Source of the DNA: Tubulanus polymorphus
Lineage: Eukaryota > Animalia > Nemertea
Direction of reading: 5' to 3'
NCBI RefSeq assembly: GCF_964204645.1
Contig: NC_134033.1
Coordinates: forward strand, 9,370,655 to 9,434,654
Length of the DNA stretch: 64,000 bases
The notes below the pieces were generated by a model. It saw only the letters and a program-made list of their open reading frames with translations. It was not told where the DNA came from and did not search any database. This document shows positions 27,281 through 39,681 of this stretch, in pieces. Both the position numbers and the translations under genes were made by a program. Position 1 is the stretch's first letter. Every line of letters begins with the position of its first letter.

Positions 27281-27638
27281 CCCTGTTTATGCTGTTGGAA
27301 TGCATCACCATTCGGCGGCTACACTCGATGTAGGTACAGGTTACATTTGCCAATATGAACCAGAAAATATCAAAGACCCCAATGCGATCATGGACCAAGA
27401 CAGAAACACGAAGCAAGTCCTGGCCTATCTTAAAAGAAAAGATGCTGCTGCCCTTGCTTCAATTAAAGAATGCGTACACAGTTGCATCGTTGTGAAATGC
27501 AACGGAGAGGCGGTAACACGTAGTCGTTTTATCGGGCCTGAGCAGAAGTGTACATTGGGCTTCAAGTGTAAGGAAGATGACGTTGACAGAATTAAGGCTG
27601 CACTTCTGTTTACACACCTTATAGTACATGTAAAGTAG
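27281..27638 (+). CDS. HIRAN-domain protein (probably a terminal exon)
   Basis: PVYAVGMHH...LDVGTGYICQYEPENIKDPNAI...LAYLKRKDAAAL matches the HIRAN pattern VGxxY/H...L-x-REPxNxxDxNAI...GYL. Acceptor tttatcag lies just upstream. Confidence 0.7.
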
Positions 27639-30600
27639 TTTTAAAACTCCCAGAAATGTAGCATACATAAAATGTTTATGATGCTACACGATCGGAGACT
27701 TCCCCGACTTAAAGTTTTTCAGATAATGTTTTTGTTATTTTCTTATATTTCATTATTCCTTGTTTAAATGATAATGTATATGTAAAATAAATTAGTAAGT
27801 ATATATAGGTTTCCTTTAAATTCATATTTCTCGCAAGTATATCGAAATCCAGCGTTCGTAGAATGAAAAAGTGATATGCGCGAAAACTAACGCTAGTGCG
27901 CGAAAACTACCGACATGACATGAGGAAATGGTCCCTGGATATCACTTCCGGTTGCAATGCATTTTGGAATTTTTTTACAAGGGGTTATCCCAAGGATGCC
28001 ACTCTACCACCTAGTGGCTGATTTGGACATGTAAGTGCTTTCAATCTGAGAAGGTAGGTAATATTCGTTAAGTGCGCGAAAACTCCCGAAACTACCCTAT
28101 AGTACACTATCCCTGATGGAATAATAAGCTCCACTCGACAAACTCGTTCCCGTGCATTTTTATCTCTGTTTCAGCACACACACAGCCCCTCTACCATCAA
28201 TGCCTAACCCCTGTTTGACCAACTGTGGGCGTTTTCCTTTGAAACATAAGCCTAATTGTAAAAGATAAGCATTAATCTATGTTAATGCTGCATCTTTATC
28301 ATGAAACCTAAGAAAGATTATTCTATTAATTAGGCCTATTCAAATTTTCTGTCCACTACCACGTGGAAATGATAAGACCCAGTCAAAATTGTGCATCACG
28401 CTTTGACCAAGAAATTGGTTCTAGGCTATAAATTTTACGACTCAAGCGAATCTTTTCTTCAACAAAGCCGCTTTTAGTTTGATGCAAAATGAAATTTGCT
28501 TTTAAAATGTGTAACTAGGCCTAATCAAAAGGATATTTCAAAAGCAAACTTTGCCGGGCCAAGAGCCATATTCATAGAATTCAATTTTTTCCGAACCATT
28601 ATGCCTCTTTCATCATAACATTATTTATCCTATTTCAAGATCTTAGGCCTACAAGTAGAGAGAGGGCCTACGTTTGGTTCAAATCGGAATTTTAAGATTT
28701 ATTTCATTTAATTCCAGGTTTTCACTGTAGATTATCAAAGACATGTGGCTTTGTGGGAGTTCATGGTTGTTTGATAATCCATTATTTGTAAGTGTAAGGC
28801 TATTTGAGGGATTCGAAACCGACATTTTGTAAATTTTGTAGCTTTATTACGTTTAATTCCAGATGTTTATCATGACATGTTTCATTTCGGGGGTTTGTCA
28901 GCGAGTTGGTATGCTGTCGGCAGAAGTAGTTTGATAATTCGTTTCATGTAAGTAAACAGCTATTTGAAGGATTCGAAACCGAAATCTGTATTGTGAATTT
29001 TTTAGTTGTATTTTGTTTGTCCGCGAGTTTGTATACTGTCAAATGAAGTTTCTTCGTCAATTTGTCGTATGTAAGTATCAATCTATAGGTTATATAGGCC
29101 CTATTAGGGGTTCGATACAGAAATTTGGTGAATTCCTCAGATTTATTTTAATTTATTCCAGGTTATTTATCTGAAAAATATGTACTTTATTTCATAGGTA
29201 AGTCTTTGATTGAAAACTAAAAATGGATGATAGTACTAAATTTGATGTTGATTCACATGACCAATCTAGTAAGTATGGCTCACTCGTCTTTTAGAATAAG
29301 AGACCTATTGCATTAATCCTTCAATTCAAGTTGCTATACAACCTTTTATACAGATATTTACTTTATCAATATAAACATGTATTTGCCATTAGCCATACAA
29401 TTCAGTAAAACTTTTCCCGTCCAGATTTTGAAACATCATTTGACTCAATTTTTCCTCCTAGAAAATTGCTTTAGCTCATTCCAATGTTCGCAGTAAAAGT
29501 GAATGTAGCGTGTATGATTCCCATCCATCAATTTTGTCTTGTTTCGTATTTTTAGCGAAAATCTCGAAAAAGTCTGACGTCGAGGCAGGATGTGGCCAGA
29601 CAAAGACATATTCTTGGGAAATATTTAAAGACGCATGGCAAACACACTATTGTTCACTTTTTCCTATCCTTATTTTGAAATTGAAGTATTGTAATAAACT
29701 ATTGATTTATTTTTGTTGATCAACGCAACTAGTTTTGTTGTTTTCTTTCTTAATTTACATTTGAATTGGATGGTCATCTTGCGTAGGAGTCAGTTTGTCA
29801 TCGAAGCAATACAGTCTAACTTGTTGACGTCTCAGATGCAGCGGGGCAGGGCGGTCATTATATTGTGGACTTATCCAAATAACACTTAAACAGCCCAACG
29901 TGTTTCAGTGTGTAAACTCCGTCGTACTCGGCATTATAAGACAGTGAGGAATTGAGTTTTAGTCACCTGAGCCCTCGGCTTGATTCGACCAAAAAGACCT
30001 TAACTGACTTCGCAGAATTTGATTATGAGTCAAGGATTTTCTAAATTTCTGAATGCTTTCTCTGGTTTTAAGATCAATTCAAATTCAATCTTCAAAATAT
30101 TTTATTGAAAGAAATTCTACTGAAGACAGATTTTGAAATGAAGGATATATCCAGGCAAATAATTATAGCATAATCAACTGATGATCATCAAGGTGAAGTT
30201 TTCATTCATCTTCGGCTAATTTGTCTACCCCTGATGATTGAAGCATTTTGGTTACTCGCGCCAATTAGTCAGCCACAGTCGATTTTCATGCCATCAGACC
30301 TCTTTCCATCTGTAATTAAGCAATTAAGCAATAATTACTTAGGTAAGGAGCAAAATAATATATAGATATCTTAGGAGACTATTTGAAATCATGAGTTTGT
30401 TGTGAAAATCTATTACTACAGTCTCGTAGAGCATAGACACCAAGCCACGTGGCATTGGTATTTTTAGGGCTATTCAGTTTACTCCAAAACAAGTCAATGA
30501 TTAACATTAAAAAAGCTTCATATCAAGGGTATGTCGCAGGACTCGTGACGCCCATGAATTATCATCCCATAATTACAATGAATCCAATTCTGCATGTACG

Positions 30601-31433
30601 TTAGCACGACTGATTACTAATCCAAATATTGCATTACAAAAAAACAATTACGCAAAACGTCAAGTACTTACAGCATCTGAGACAGTTGCGCTTAAGTTAG
30701 CGTGTTAAGTTAAGTCTTTGGCTGTCAATGTCGAAAAAGCCTAATTTGAAACATACATTTGCGCACTGTGGTTAAATATTCCTGCAAGAATCCGCAAAGG
30801 AATTGAAGACCGTAGTGCCCAGTTCATTCCACGAATAATAGCTGGAAAGAAAGTAATCAAAATAAATTGTCATGCACATTCAGTGTAAACCAGGCCATAA
30901 CTAGCTGCTATTAAGGCATTCCACTGACTGGCTCTACCCATTATATTTAGGGCCTAAATCTATTCTAGGCGCATCCCCCAAAAAAGCTAGGCATCAAGTA
31001 AGTAGCCAACAATGATCATTGCTTCACCGAGTAGGCCTACTCATTTGCTAGCATACTCATATTATTAAAGAAATCATTTAATACATTCCCTGGTTAACGG
31101 ATTCTCACCTTAAAATACATAAACTCCGCTGTCGTTGTCATCGATCCGAGTCGTCAACTGAACGCGGAAGTAAAATTCCGTGTGAAAATTCCTACAATTT
31201 CTGTCCATATCACGTTGATTTGACCCCGAAATCTTCAGGAAATGTAGCCAACGTAAATTGATTTACGAATAGAATTATTCAATTGACTCATTTTAGAAAT
31301 CATGGTTTCGTGAAATTCATTAAAGTCCTAAAACTCGCGATAAATTTAAGCCGAAAATGATTTCAACCATCCACCATGTTGTTTCATTAATAAAACAATT
31401 GTTGCGCGCCGGCGCTGTACTGTGATAATGCAT

Positions 31434-31499
31434 GGTTTCACAAGGATTCGAACCCTCGACCTCTCAGTTGGGGGTCAAACACCTTATCCACCATGCCAC
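31434..31499 (-). other. tRNA-derived (SINE head-like) Pol III promoter
   Basis: The minus strand reads gTGGCATGGTGGataagg...gaGGGTTCGAATCCtt, giving A and B boxes at tRNA spacing. The cloverleaf is incomplete. Confidence 0.65.
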
Positions 31500-31784
31500 A
31501 GGACAGGACGCTATTTTTAACGTTAGTGGGAGTACCGGACAGGGCGAGTCGCAATTGCTACTATCATCCGGTGTTATCTTTCAGTAAGTAATTTTAAGTT
31601 TAAAAAAGGACGGAGAGTGCATAGATATAATCTACGCGGAGCGAATGCGTGTTATATTACTATCAGAATTCTACATTTCAATTAGAAGCAGTTAGTTGTC
31701 GAGTCTGATAGAAGATGAATTTTATGTGCGAAAAAAAGTGGAAAATAAGTAAATAATAATAATAACAATCAACAGAATTACAAA

Positions 31785-31813
31785 AGGGTTTTCGACGAAA
31801 GTCAGAAAACCCT
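31785..31813. repeat. Terminal stem-loop AGGGTTTTC-N-GAAAACCCT of a non-autonomous repeat (Helentron/HINE-like); related copy at 43881-43912
   Basis: agggttttcgacgaaagtcagaaaaccct here and tagggttttctgtttctttacagaaaacccta at 43881. Both have similar adjacent sequence running to tttccac. Confidence 0.5.
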
Positions 31814-32276
31814 AAAAATATGAATACCTGATTTCAATAATGATGTACCAACAAGTGCGTGAAAGATCGATACCGGTACCCGGTATTGGGGAAATCCCAG
31901 TTGAAGTCTACTACAAGTCACAAGTGGAATTGTTTGTTTGTTTCTGTTTCAGCCTCTCCTGTTGCCAGGCAGAATAATTTTTTTTCGTAGGATGATAGAG
32001 TCACAAAACTCAATTTTTTATCTGAATTAGGGTTAGGGTGAATTCCTACGAAAAAGATTATGCAGGCACTGGGCTCCATCAACATATACGGAAGTTTGAA
32101 GTTTTCATGAAGACTAGGCCTACTCGTGTCAATAATTGTATAATAATTGAAAATAAAACAAGACTGTATAATTTTTTGATATAATCATTTTAAACAAATA
32201 AAAACGAAGTAATTCAAATGCTAAATAATAAACGATTTATTTGCAATTTATACTGTATAAGCAACTACAGTTCAAC

Positions 32277-33017
32277 TCAGATTTCGGTCCAAGGGCTGCG
32301 TAACGCATCAAAGACATTTCTATATACAGGAATTTCATTATTGTCAGCATCCCTTTCACAAGCCCCATCCCCACTCTCTCCATCGCTGCTGTCGTCAAAA
32401 TAGTCGTCGTCATCGAATGATTCATGGTCAGACTCATCATTCTCGGACTCATCAAGGTCATCTTCTGGATTCTGTTCAGTATCGTCAACCAGAGGGGGAA
32501 GTTGCCTGCGTCGATTACGAGGAAGTGCTGCACTACAATGGCGTTTTAGCTGAGCCATTGATGGGAAGTAAACCGAACAGGTAAGACATGTTCTTTCTTT
32601 CAGAGTTGGTAGAGCGACAACCGGATTGAAAAGATCATAAGGTATTTCTTTAAACTCCTTCCTAATTTCTGGGTTACAATTTCCACCTCGAGAAAGCATG
32701 ATATTCTGAGATGGTGATGCAAATTTCATCGTATTAGAATCTACAATTTCCCCGGGAGCAGGAATTTTTATGCCACTAGTAGTTTGTGTTAGTGGGTATG
32801 GGCTTGGTAAAAATCTACCCCCCAAGACATCGGGCCAGTTGCTCCGCCATGGGCCACAGCACTCTCTATCGTCACAGCGCACAATTTGGAGAACGTACCG
32901 GCTTTGCCGTACATGGGCAGCCGCCCATTTTAAATCCGCGGGGGACAATATAATCAGCAGGATCAATGAATTCTGCCACCACAGGGTTCGAATCAATGAC
33001 TACATTAGACCACACAG
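32277..33017 (-). pseudogene. 3' part of Zator-like DDE transposase
   Basis: SVWSNVVIDSNPVVAEFIDP, HVRQSRYVLQIVRCDDRECC, PYDLFNP, RTCLTCSVYFPS...KRH and an acidic tail. Joins in frame with 40174 once the insertion is removed. Confidence 0.8.
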
Positions 33018-34444
33018 AACGCAGTCTCAAATGTTTTGTGACTTTCTCAAAATGTATCAAAAATTTAACTAATTTTTAGTTCATAAGTCCTCAAATATTC
33101 ATAAATGAACAGTTAAAAATTGTTGAAACATGTCGACTCTGCTGTAAAATCAACCTATTAACAGTCCGGAATTTGGGATAATATTGGGCTTTAGAGAACA
33201 TAATGCCCCCGAGGTCTTCACATTTACAGAAAAGATTACGTAAGTGATTCACGCGCAGCTCGCGATAGGCGCACAATAGAAATCTGAGCCGCGCGTTCTT
33301 TGAGTGTCACCAATTAAGAGGACCGCTATTGTGAAAATTGACTGCGGGAGGAATATTCCTCCCAATGTCAATCGATGGAAATTTGACCATGGGGTCCGAT
33401 ATTCAAAGGATTGACTTTGGGAGGAATATTCCTCCCAAGGTCAAACGAAGAGAATTTGACCTTCAGGTCTGATATTCAAAGTATCGACTTCGGGAGGAAT
33501 GTTCCTCCGAATGTCAAACGAAGGAAACTGGACCTGGTCTGTTATTCGAAATATAGACTTTGGGATTAATGTTCTTCCAAACGACTAAACGCTAAAACCT
33601 GAGCTTTTAGAATGATAGGTGTATATATTAATTATATTGGTGTAATAATTGTTTTAATAAGTAGTATACTATAGCGACGACACCAGACATATTTAGGGAA
33701 TTTTAGTGATAATGTACACGGTATTTGAGGGTCTGCGACGAATGATTTATAGAAAGTTGAATAGCTGTAGTGCAGGTTCTAATAATAAGGCTTATATAGT
33801 CTTCACATCGCAATCAGTTGTTAGAATGCATCTTCCTTTTTCTTTACTTGATCTTGAGTCTTTGACTAGTTAAATTTTTTCTTCATTGATTGACGCTGGG
33901 AGGTCTAGATCAAATTATACTGTTAATCAAATCAATTATTTTTCAACTGCAAATTCACACTTGATATTGATATTAACAATCAATATTACTTATTTCATTA
34001 TATGGCGCACTGCTGCAAATTGTAATCAGTGTGCTTTGCATGAGTATAAAATTAACACAAGCTGAAAGAATCGAAATTTAAATACGTGGATGATAAAAAT
34101 CAAGTTAAAAGGCGTAGGGACGGAGAGATCTGGCGAAAAAAAACAGTAATGGGTGCAAAATGGACCCATGCCTAATCGCCCGACCAAAAACGACGGACCA
34201 GACCTGAGTCAAATTAAGCGTGTTGATTTAAACTGGTTCTGGAAGTCAGTCACTTCGCTTGGTTTAAGTATGGACTCGTTTTAGATTCCATGGTTTAAGC
34301 ATTGTTTAGTAACGAGTGAATGGGTTTGAAGTTGAATGTGAAATGAATTTGAACATGAAAATCTGCGCGCTCTTTGGTAAGCCATGCGTAAAATTTAAGT
34401 CGGACCTGATTCGAGCCAATTTAGCCCCGACAAATCGTCTCTAT

Positions 34445-34770
34445 AGCCGCGATCACACGTGTATTTTTTTAGGCCAGGGCCAAATTTGGGCCGGACCAAC
34501 TGTTCACACGGGTGCCAATGGGCCCGAGCCTGTTTGGCCCGGGCCAAATTTGGCCCGACCAAAAACGTCGGACCGGGCCCGAGCACCAGACAAATGACTG
34601 CGTGTGAATTGCAACTAGCACCGTAAATGATCCACTTCGCTTTGTTTGAGCATTGTTTAGTATCGAGTGAATGGTTTGCGTGTGAACGCACTCTCTAATT
34701 ACCAAATTTGGCCCGAGCCTAATCGGTGCTAATTTGGCCCGGGCCAAATCGTCTCCGTGTGATCGCGGCT
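34445..34770. mobile_element. About 300-bp MITE with TIR agccgcgatcacacg and internal GGGCCAAATTTGGCCC palindromes; also at 61953-62253
   Basis: 15-bp TIRs with a 3-bp TAT/ATA flank on both sides. Present in both copies of the long-TIR element. Confidence 0.7.
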
Positions 34771-36649
34771 TATGTGGGTCATGATTGTTGAGAGAAATTT
34801 TTCCCTTTATGTTTGCAAATTAGCCATTGTCCTAGTTTTAACTTCTGATTTGTACCCTGTATAGGGTTTATATTTCTGTTTGTACTCTTTCATAGAAATA
34901 CGACAGATATCAAATGGAATCTTTGATTTAAGACACTGTAAACCGGTACACACTAATATGTCCATCCATCCGACCTACGAGCGATCATCTCATTAATGTG
35001 ATAATTGCTCGTAAATCCGACAGCTACGTTTTACAACTAGAAATATATTAGATCAGATTCCTAATAATAAAATCATTACTATTAAGAATATGTTATTGAT
35101 TATGGATAAATTCAAAAAGAATTGACAAAATATATTGCTTTGAATGGCCTTTAGATATTGGATAGGGCGATTTTGAATTATTTTTGGGGAATTTTATCGA
35201 GAAGCTCAAACTCCCTAAGGCGATAAATTCTTTAAGGCAGATCTTTTCCGATTATGATCCCACCATATGAATTGTTCACGAAACTATTATGTATAAACAC
35301 CTCACAATTAACGAAATGAATCAGTGACGTCCTGTTGCACAAGCTATATTACACAATGATAAAAAGCCTATTATAGTCGAGTTGGATTTCTCGATGTATA
35401 AATGCAGGGAGGGTTGGGAGCTTTATGTTCAATAACATTAGGTTCCAATGTTTGCTCTATGGATTTCAAAATAAAAGAAAAATCTACGTTTAAACGTGAT
35501 ATCTGTTTCATTACTCGTGATATATCGGGGAATCTCTGCAATAAAATTGGACGATTTCAAAAATATTACAAAATGAGCAAATTGCGATTCTTAGTGATTT
35601 TTGCTAACAGTATTGATTCTAGCGTATACGTGGATTTGTGTGATATGTAATAAGTAACGTAGCGAATAATCAAAGTATCTACTGTAGCTAGATATGACAA
35701 TTAAAAATCCCCCAGAATATCTCCTTCAATATACCCTCATCCGTTCAAAAAAGATCACCTGGTAAAGATTTCCTATGTAGAAATCTAAAAAATCTAAACC
35801 CTGGGTAAACATACCCTGGGTAAAAATCCCCCAAATATTCATACTTGGTGATTGTCAAGAACATGTCAAAGCACGATGTTTCTCGAATTTGCAATGAGAC
35901 TGAAATATGTTTGAACTTTTAAATGAAATCTTTCGTTGCGATAAATTCTTACGGAAAAAATAAATTGTAAGAATTAATAAGAGTAATAAACTTTTACTTG
36001 TAATATCTCAAGATTCGAACTGGAATATTTTTGAATTTCAGCTGTGCGATGCCATGAATTATTAGAAATAACGTACTTTTGATATTAAATATTTTAGATT
36101 CAAGCTAGTGTAATATATTTGAAATGCGCGATGAACCCCTTTACTAAGCTGTGCAATAACTACATGTATATGTACTAATTTAGTATCAATGAAACGTTAA
36201 TTTGTAGTATGTTTTAATTTAAATAGCATAGTTTGTATGGGCATATTGATATCCTTACGGTATTCGACAGTAAAATATGAATAAATTGGATATACGTATC
36301 AATAATACGAATTAATTGACCTTAAGATTGTATCTACTTATAATCCCTTCAAAGGGAGGGGATTACCTAATTTGAAGAATTGGGGATTTTTACTCGCTTA
36401 CTTAGATGTTTTGAATTATTGACTTAGTTATTTTATTAAGTTTAAGTTAATCACTAGTAAGTTTATTCATTGACCACTTGCATGATAGTTCTTGATATAT
36501 TCATTATATGCAATGAAATGAAATGTAAGTTCATCACATTTCTAAACTCATTAATACCGATTTTAATTGTTTTAAGCCCCATGAAAAATATGTGATGTCA
36601 TTTTATTGAAAGCTTTATGTTTTATTAACATTGGCAGTAGTTCTCATAA

Positions 36650-36756
36650 ATTTTCCTTGGCCTTTTTTTCCGTGGCCATTTTTTCCTAGACAAATTACCT
36701 TGGCCATTTTTTCCTTGGCCATTCTTTCCTGGCCATTTTTCCTTGGCCATTTTCCC
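36650..36756. repeat. Tandem ttttccttggcca repeats
   Basis: About 7 copies of tggcc(a/t)tttt at 13-15 bp spacing, inside a segment absent from the second copy. Confidence 0.75.
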
Positions 36757-39647
36757 AACATTCTGGGGTTTTTTACAACTAACCCTTAGCAATGCACTGT
36801 AATGAACAATTTACTTTGTTTTGCTCAATTAACTACTTGTAATCAATTCACTATAGAACTGTGGTCGATCCTAACAAAGAGTCCGGCGTGCTATTCTAAA
36901 CTTCAGTGGACAAAAATCTCTTTCTAAAAATTATATTGCTAAGATATTCTTAGTCTTCATCCTTCAGCATGAACTCTAGGCCTGGATATATTTCGGATTC
37001 ATTAAATGGTATCATGTGTGTGTAGAACGTTTGGGCGAAGGTATTATCCCCCTGGATCACGCGTAAAACAAACAGAAAACATATTTTCATATATACATAG
37101 GTCACATATATACATAGGTCATCGCATTATAGAAATTGAACTGTTGACAAGTTGTATTAAATCTCTATAGATGAAACACTTTTAAGGAAAATGCATTATG
37201 TTTGTTGTTTCTATATAACTACTATCGACTTGCGCCTCGGGTTCAGTCAACTCGCCATCTTCATGATTGAAATATTTGATTAGGCAATCCTATCAAAAGT
37301 GGCGTAAATTCATACAAGCGAATAAATTGTTGTTTCCAAAGGTTTTTGATACCGGCTCGTCTACACGGTAATGGTCGAAATTCCCCGGTAAAAATCCCCT
37401 AAGAAGACCCATTAAAGAGCTTATGATTTGCTGCCGCTGGTATGTTTTCGTTTGTATTGCAAAGTCCAAAATAACTGGAATCGTTTTAAAGGATTTCTGT
37501 GAAAATTTTCAATTTTTCCCCACACGTCAACAAGTGCCTTTCAAATCAAGATCGATTCCTCATGCGTAAAAACGATTGAAGCAATTTTTGCAGTTTTATT
37601 TATTTATGATTTGATACGTCAAGATTTCAGTTAGAAGGGCAACATCATCGTTTATGTTAGTTAGCGAAGCTTGGTATACAAGCAAGCTGACAATAACAGG
37701 CCAGTGAATTTTATCGGTTTAGGCTTTGTATAGCTCATTATCTACAGAAAGTCAGTGATTAAGTCCTAAGTAAATATTGCTCAATTAATGAGAATTCATT
37801 GTACAAGCGATGACAGGCCTATGAGGCACCCGTAAATCAAAGATGTATTTCACGGATTTTGCTGTGCGATGCGATAAATTATTGAAACTTTTTATTTGAA
37901 ATATCTTTGAAATACTATTTGAAATTTGAAATATTATTTTACCAGTGCGATAACTTTTAGTATTAGTTTAGTATTAATGAAGTATTTCAATCTTTGGATA
38001 AACGTTGGAAAAATGGCAGGGGGGAAATTGCCGCTAAATAAACATTAGAATTTGCAAGTTTTGTAGTAACTTTGAATTGTTAAATTTTACTGGACATTGG
38101 TGTATGCTGAATATCACGAACAACGAAACATATATCTCATAAAAACGTTGATTGTCTTTTTCAACTTTCATCATTTCAATAACAATCAATGGATTTTTAA
38201 GTCGATTTAATTACCAGGATAGCGACTATATGCGTTTGTGCTTTTAATCAACTAGTTTCCGAATCCGTGGTATGTCGATCAAATAATAATTTTTAAGTCG
38301 AGAAAAAGTAAGATGCATTCTATCAACTAATTTCAATGTAAAGACTATAATGTTTCCTATATGAATCAATACTAAATCATTCATACCGCAGGCCACTTAA
38401 TCTTAAGCTTGATTGTGAGAGGTGTTTAAACATAATGGTCACATGAGTAATTAAATGGTTGTGTCACAAAGGGAGAAATCTGCCTTAGACATAACATCCC
38501 GATATCTGGAGTTCTGGGCTTAGTAACGCATGTTTAGAATGAATTTTATCCGATATTCTTGTAACATAATGTTTTTTCTCTGCAAATTCCTGACGTTTTC
38601 TGGGAGCTAACGTTCAGTGGCTAGTAGGCTGGATTGTATTTTCCCTTATTTCATAGATCTCCATGCATATAAACTTGAACTGAACTGAATGGTCACTGAG
38701 TTCGGTTAGGAGTAAAAACCTCCTTATCAACTCCTTAATTTCTGAATTGTATGTAAAGGAGTGAAGAAAGAAACAAACCCTCATACCGAATACACTTTTA
38801 CGTATAAATGAGAATAATGCTCACTAGGACGATGGCTAATTTGCGACCGTAAATGAAAGAAATACGACTCGAATAATTTTTTTTTATTATGCGTGACACG
38901 CGAATCTCCTATTAACACTAGTGATGAGAGAAGAATCCACACGAATCGAAATGTATCAGCTTCATAACGATCTTTAATCCTTGAATGACCATTCTTAATT
39001 AACACAAAACACTTAATATAAATGATTTGTATCGATTACTATAGAATTTCCATTTAAAGAATGCATTTATCAAATTACGTCCATTGACTCTGAAAATGAA
39101 CCTTTAAACCCGTAAATTAGCTAAACTCGTGCCGTATTAAGCTATTTAGATTTATCGCAGTCTAGTGAAAATTTGTAAGCAGTCCTAATATATTCCCTGT
39201 ATAATCAAAACTTAATTTCTATGTTATGCACGTGTTTTAATTACGATTTCCCCTCTACATGTTTATCGAGAAGGGCCTGATTACAATCTGATTACAGTTG
39301 ATTGTCAACAAAGTTATAGCAATTTACTGTTAGACAAAGAAAATACAAAATCTATTTAGTTTTCTAAAATTGTATGTAGGCCTATGTCTCATACCGTCTC
39401 ATTACCTCGAACACTGTGTATCGTATCACTCGAAATTCATAAATCTACCGGCTTTATGGCTTTAAAAAAACTAATTACACCCAAAACACCTATCTTTCTA
39501 AAATTTCAGGTTACAGCATTTAGTGGTGGGAGGAAAAATTCCTCCCTAAATCAATATACTTTGAATCTAAGACTCGGGTTCATTTTCCTTCAGTTGACCA
39601 ATGACAATATTTCGAATATCAGACCAGGTCCATTTTCCTTCGTTTGA

Positions 39648-39681
39648 CCATGGATGTATAAACTAGATTATACGTCCATGG
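39648..39681. mobile_element. 34-bp hairpin insertion with 5-bp TSD TTTGA
   Basis: tttga|ccatggatgtataa-actaga-ttatacgtccatgg|tttga. The empty site cgtttgacat is seen at about 63180 and, as reverse complement, at about 33511. Confidence 0.8.

Larger units (their letters stand above)
22850..28097 (+). mobile_element. pogo-family DNA transposon, apparently with cargo genes; left terminus not exactly defined
   Basis: AGTTTTCGCGCA motifs at about 22861 and 22922 face inverted TGCGCGAAAACT motifs at about 27877, 27897 and 28073. The right end reads aactcccgaaactaccc|TA. The interval encloses the transposase, SGNH and HIRAN ORFs, all on the + strand. Confidence 0.6.

Noticed and set aside
31434-31499. 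Functional tRNA gene
   Set aside because: A and B boxes are present, but no complete acceptor and anticodon stems could be built. Treated as tRNA-derived.
31966-32066. Small inverted repeat as the missing left TIR of the Zator-like element
   Set aside because: It pairs with itself (ttttcgtagga/tcctacgaaaa) and does not resemble GGGGAGCGTTCATAAATTACGT.
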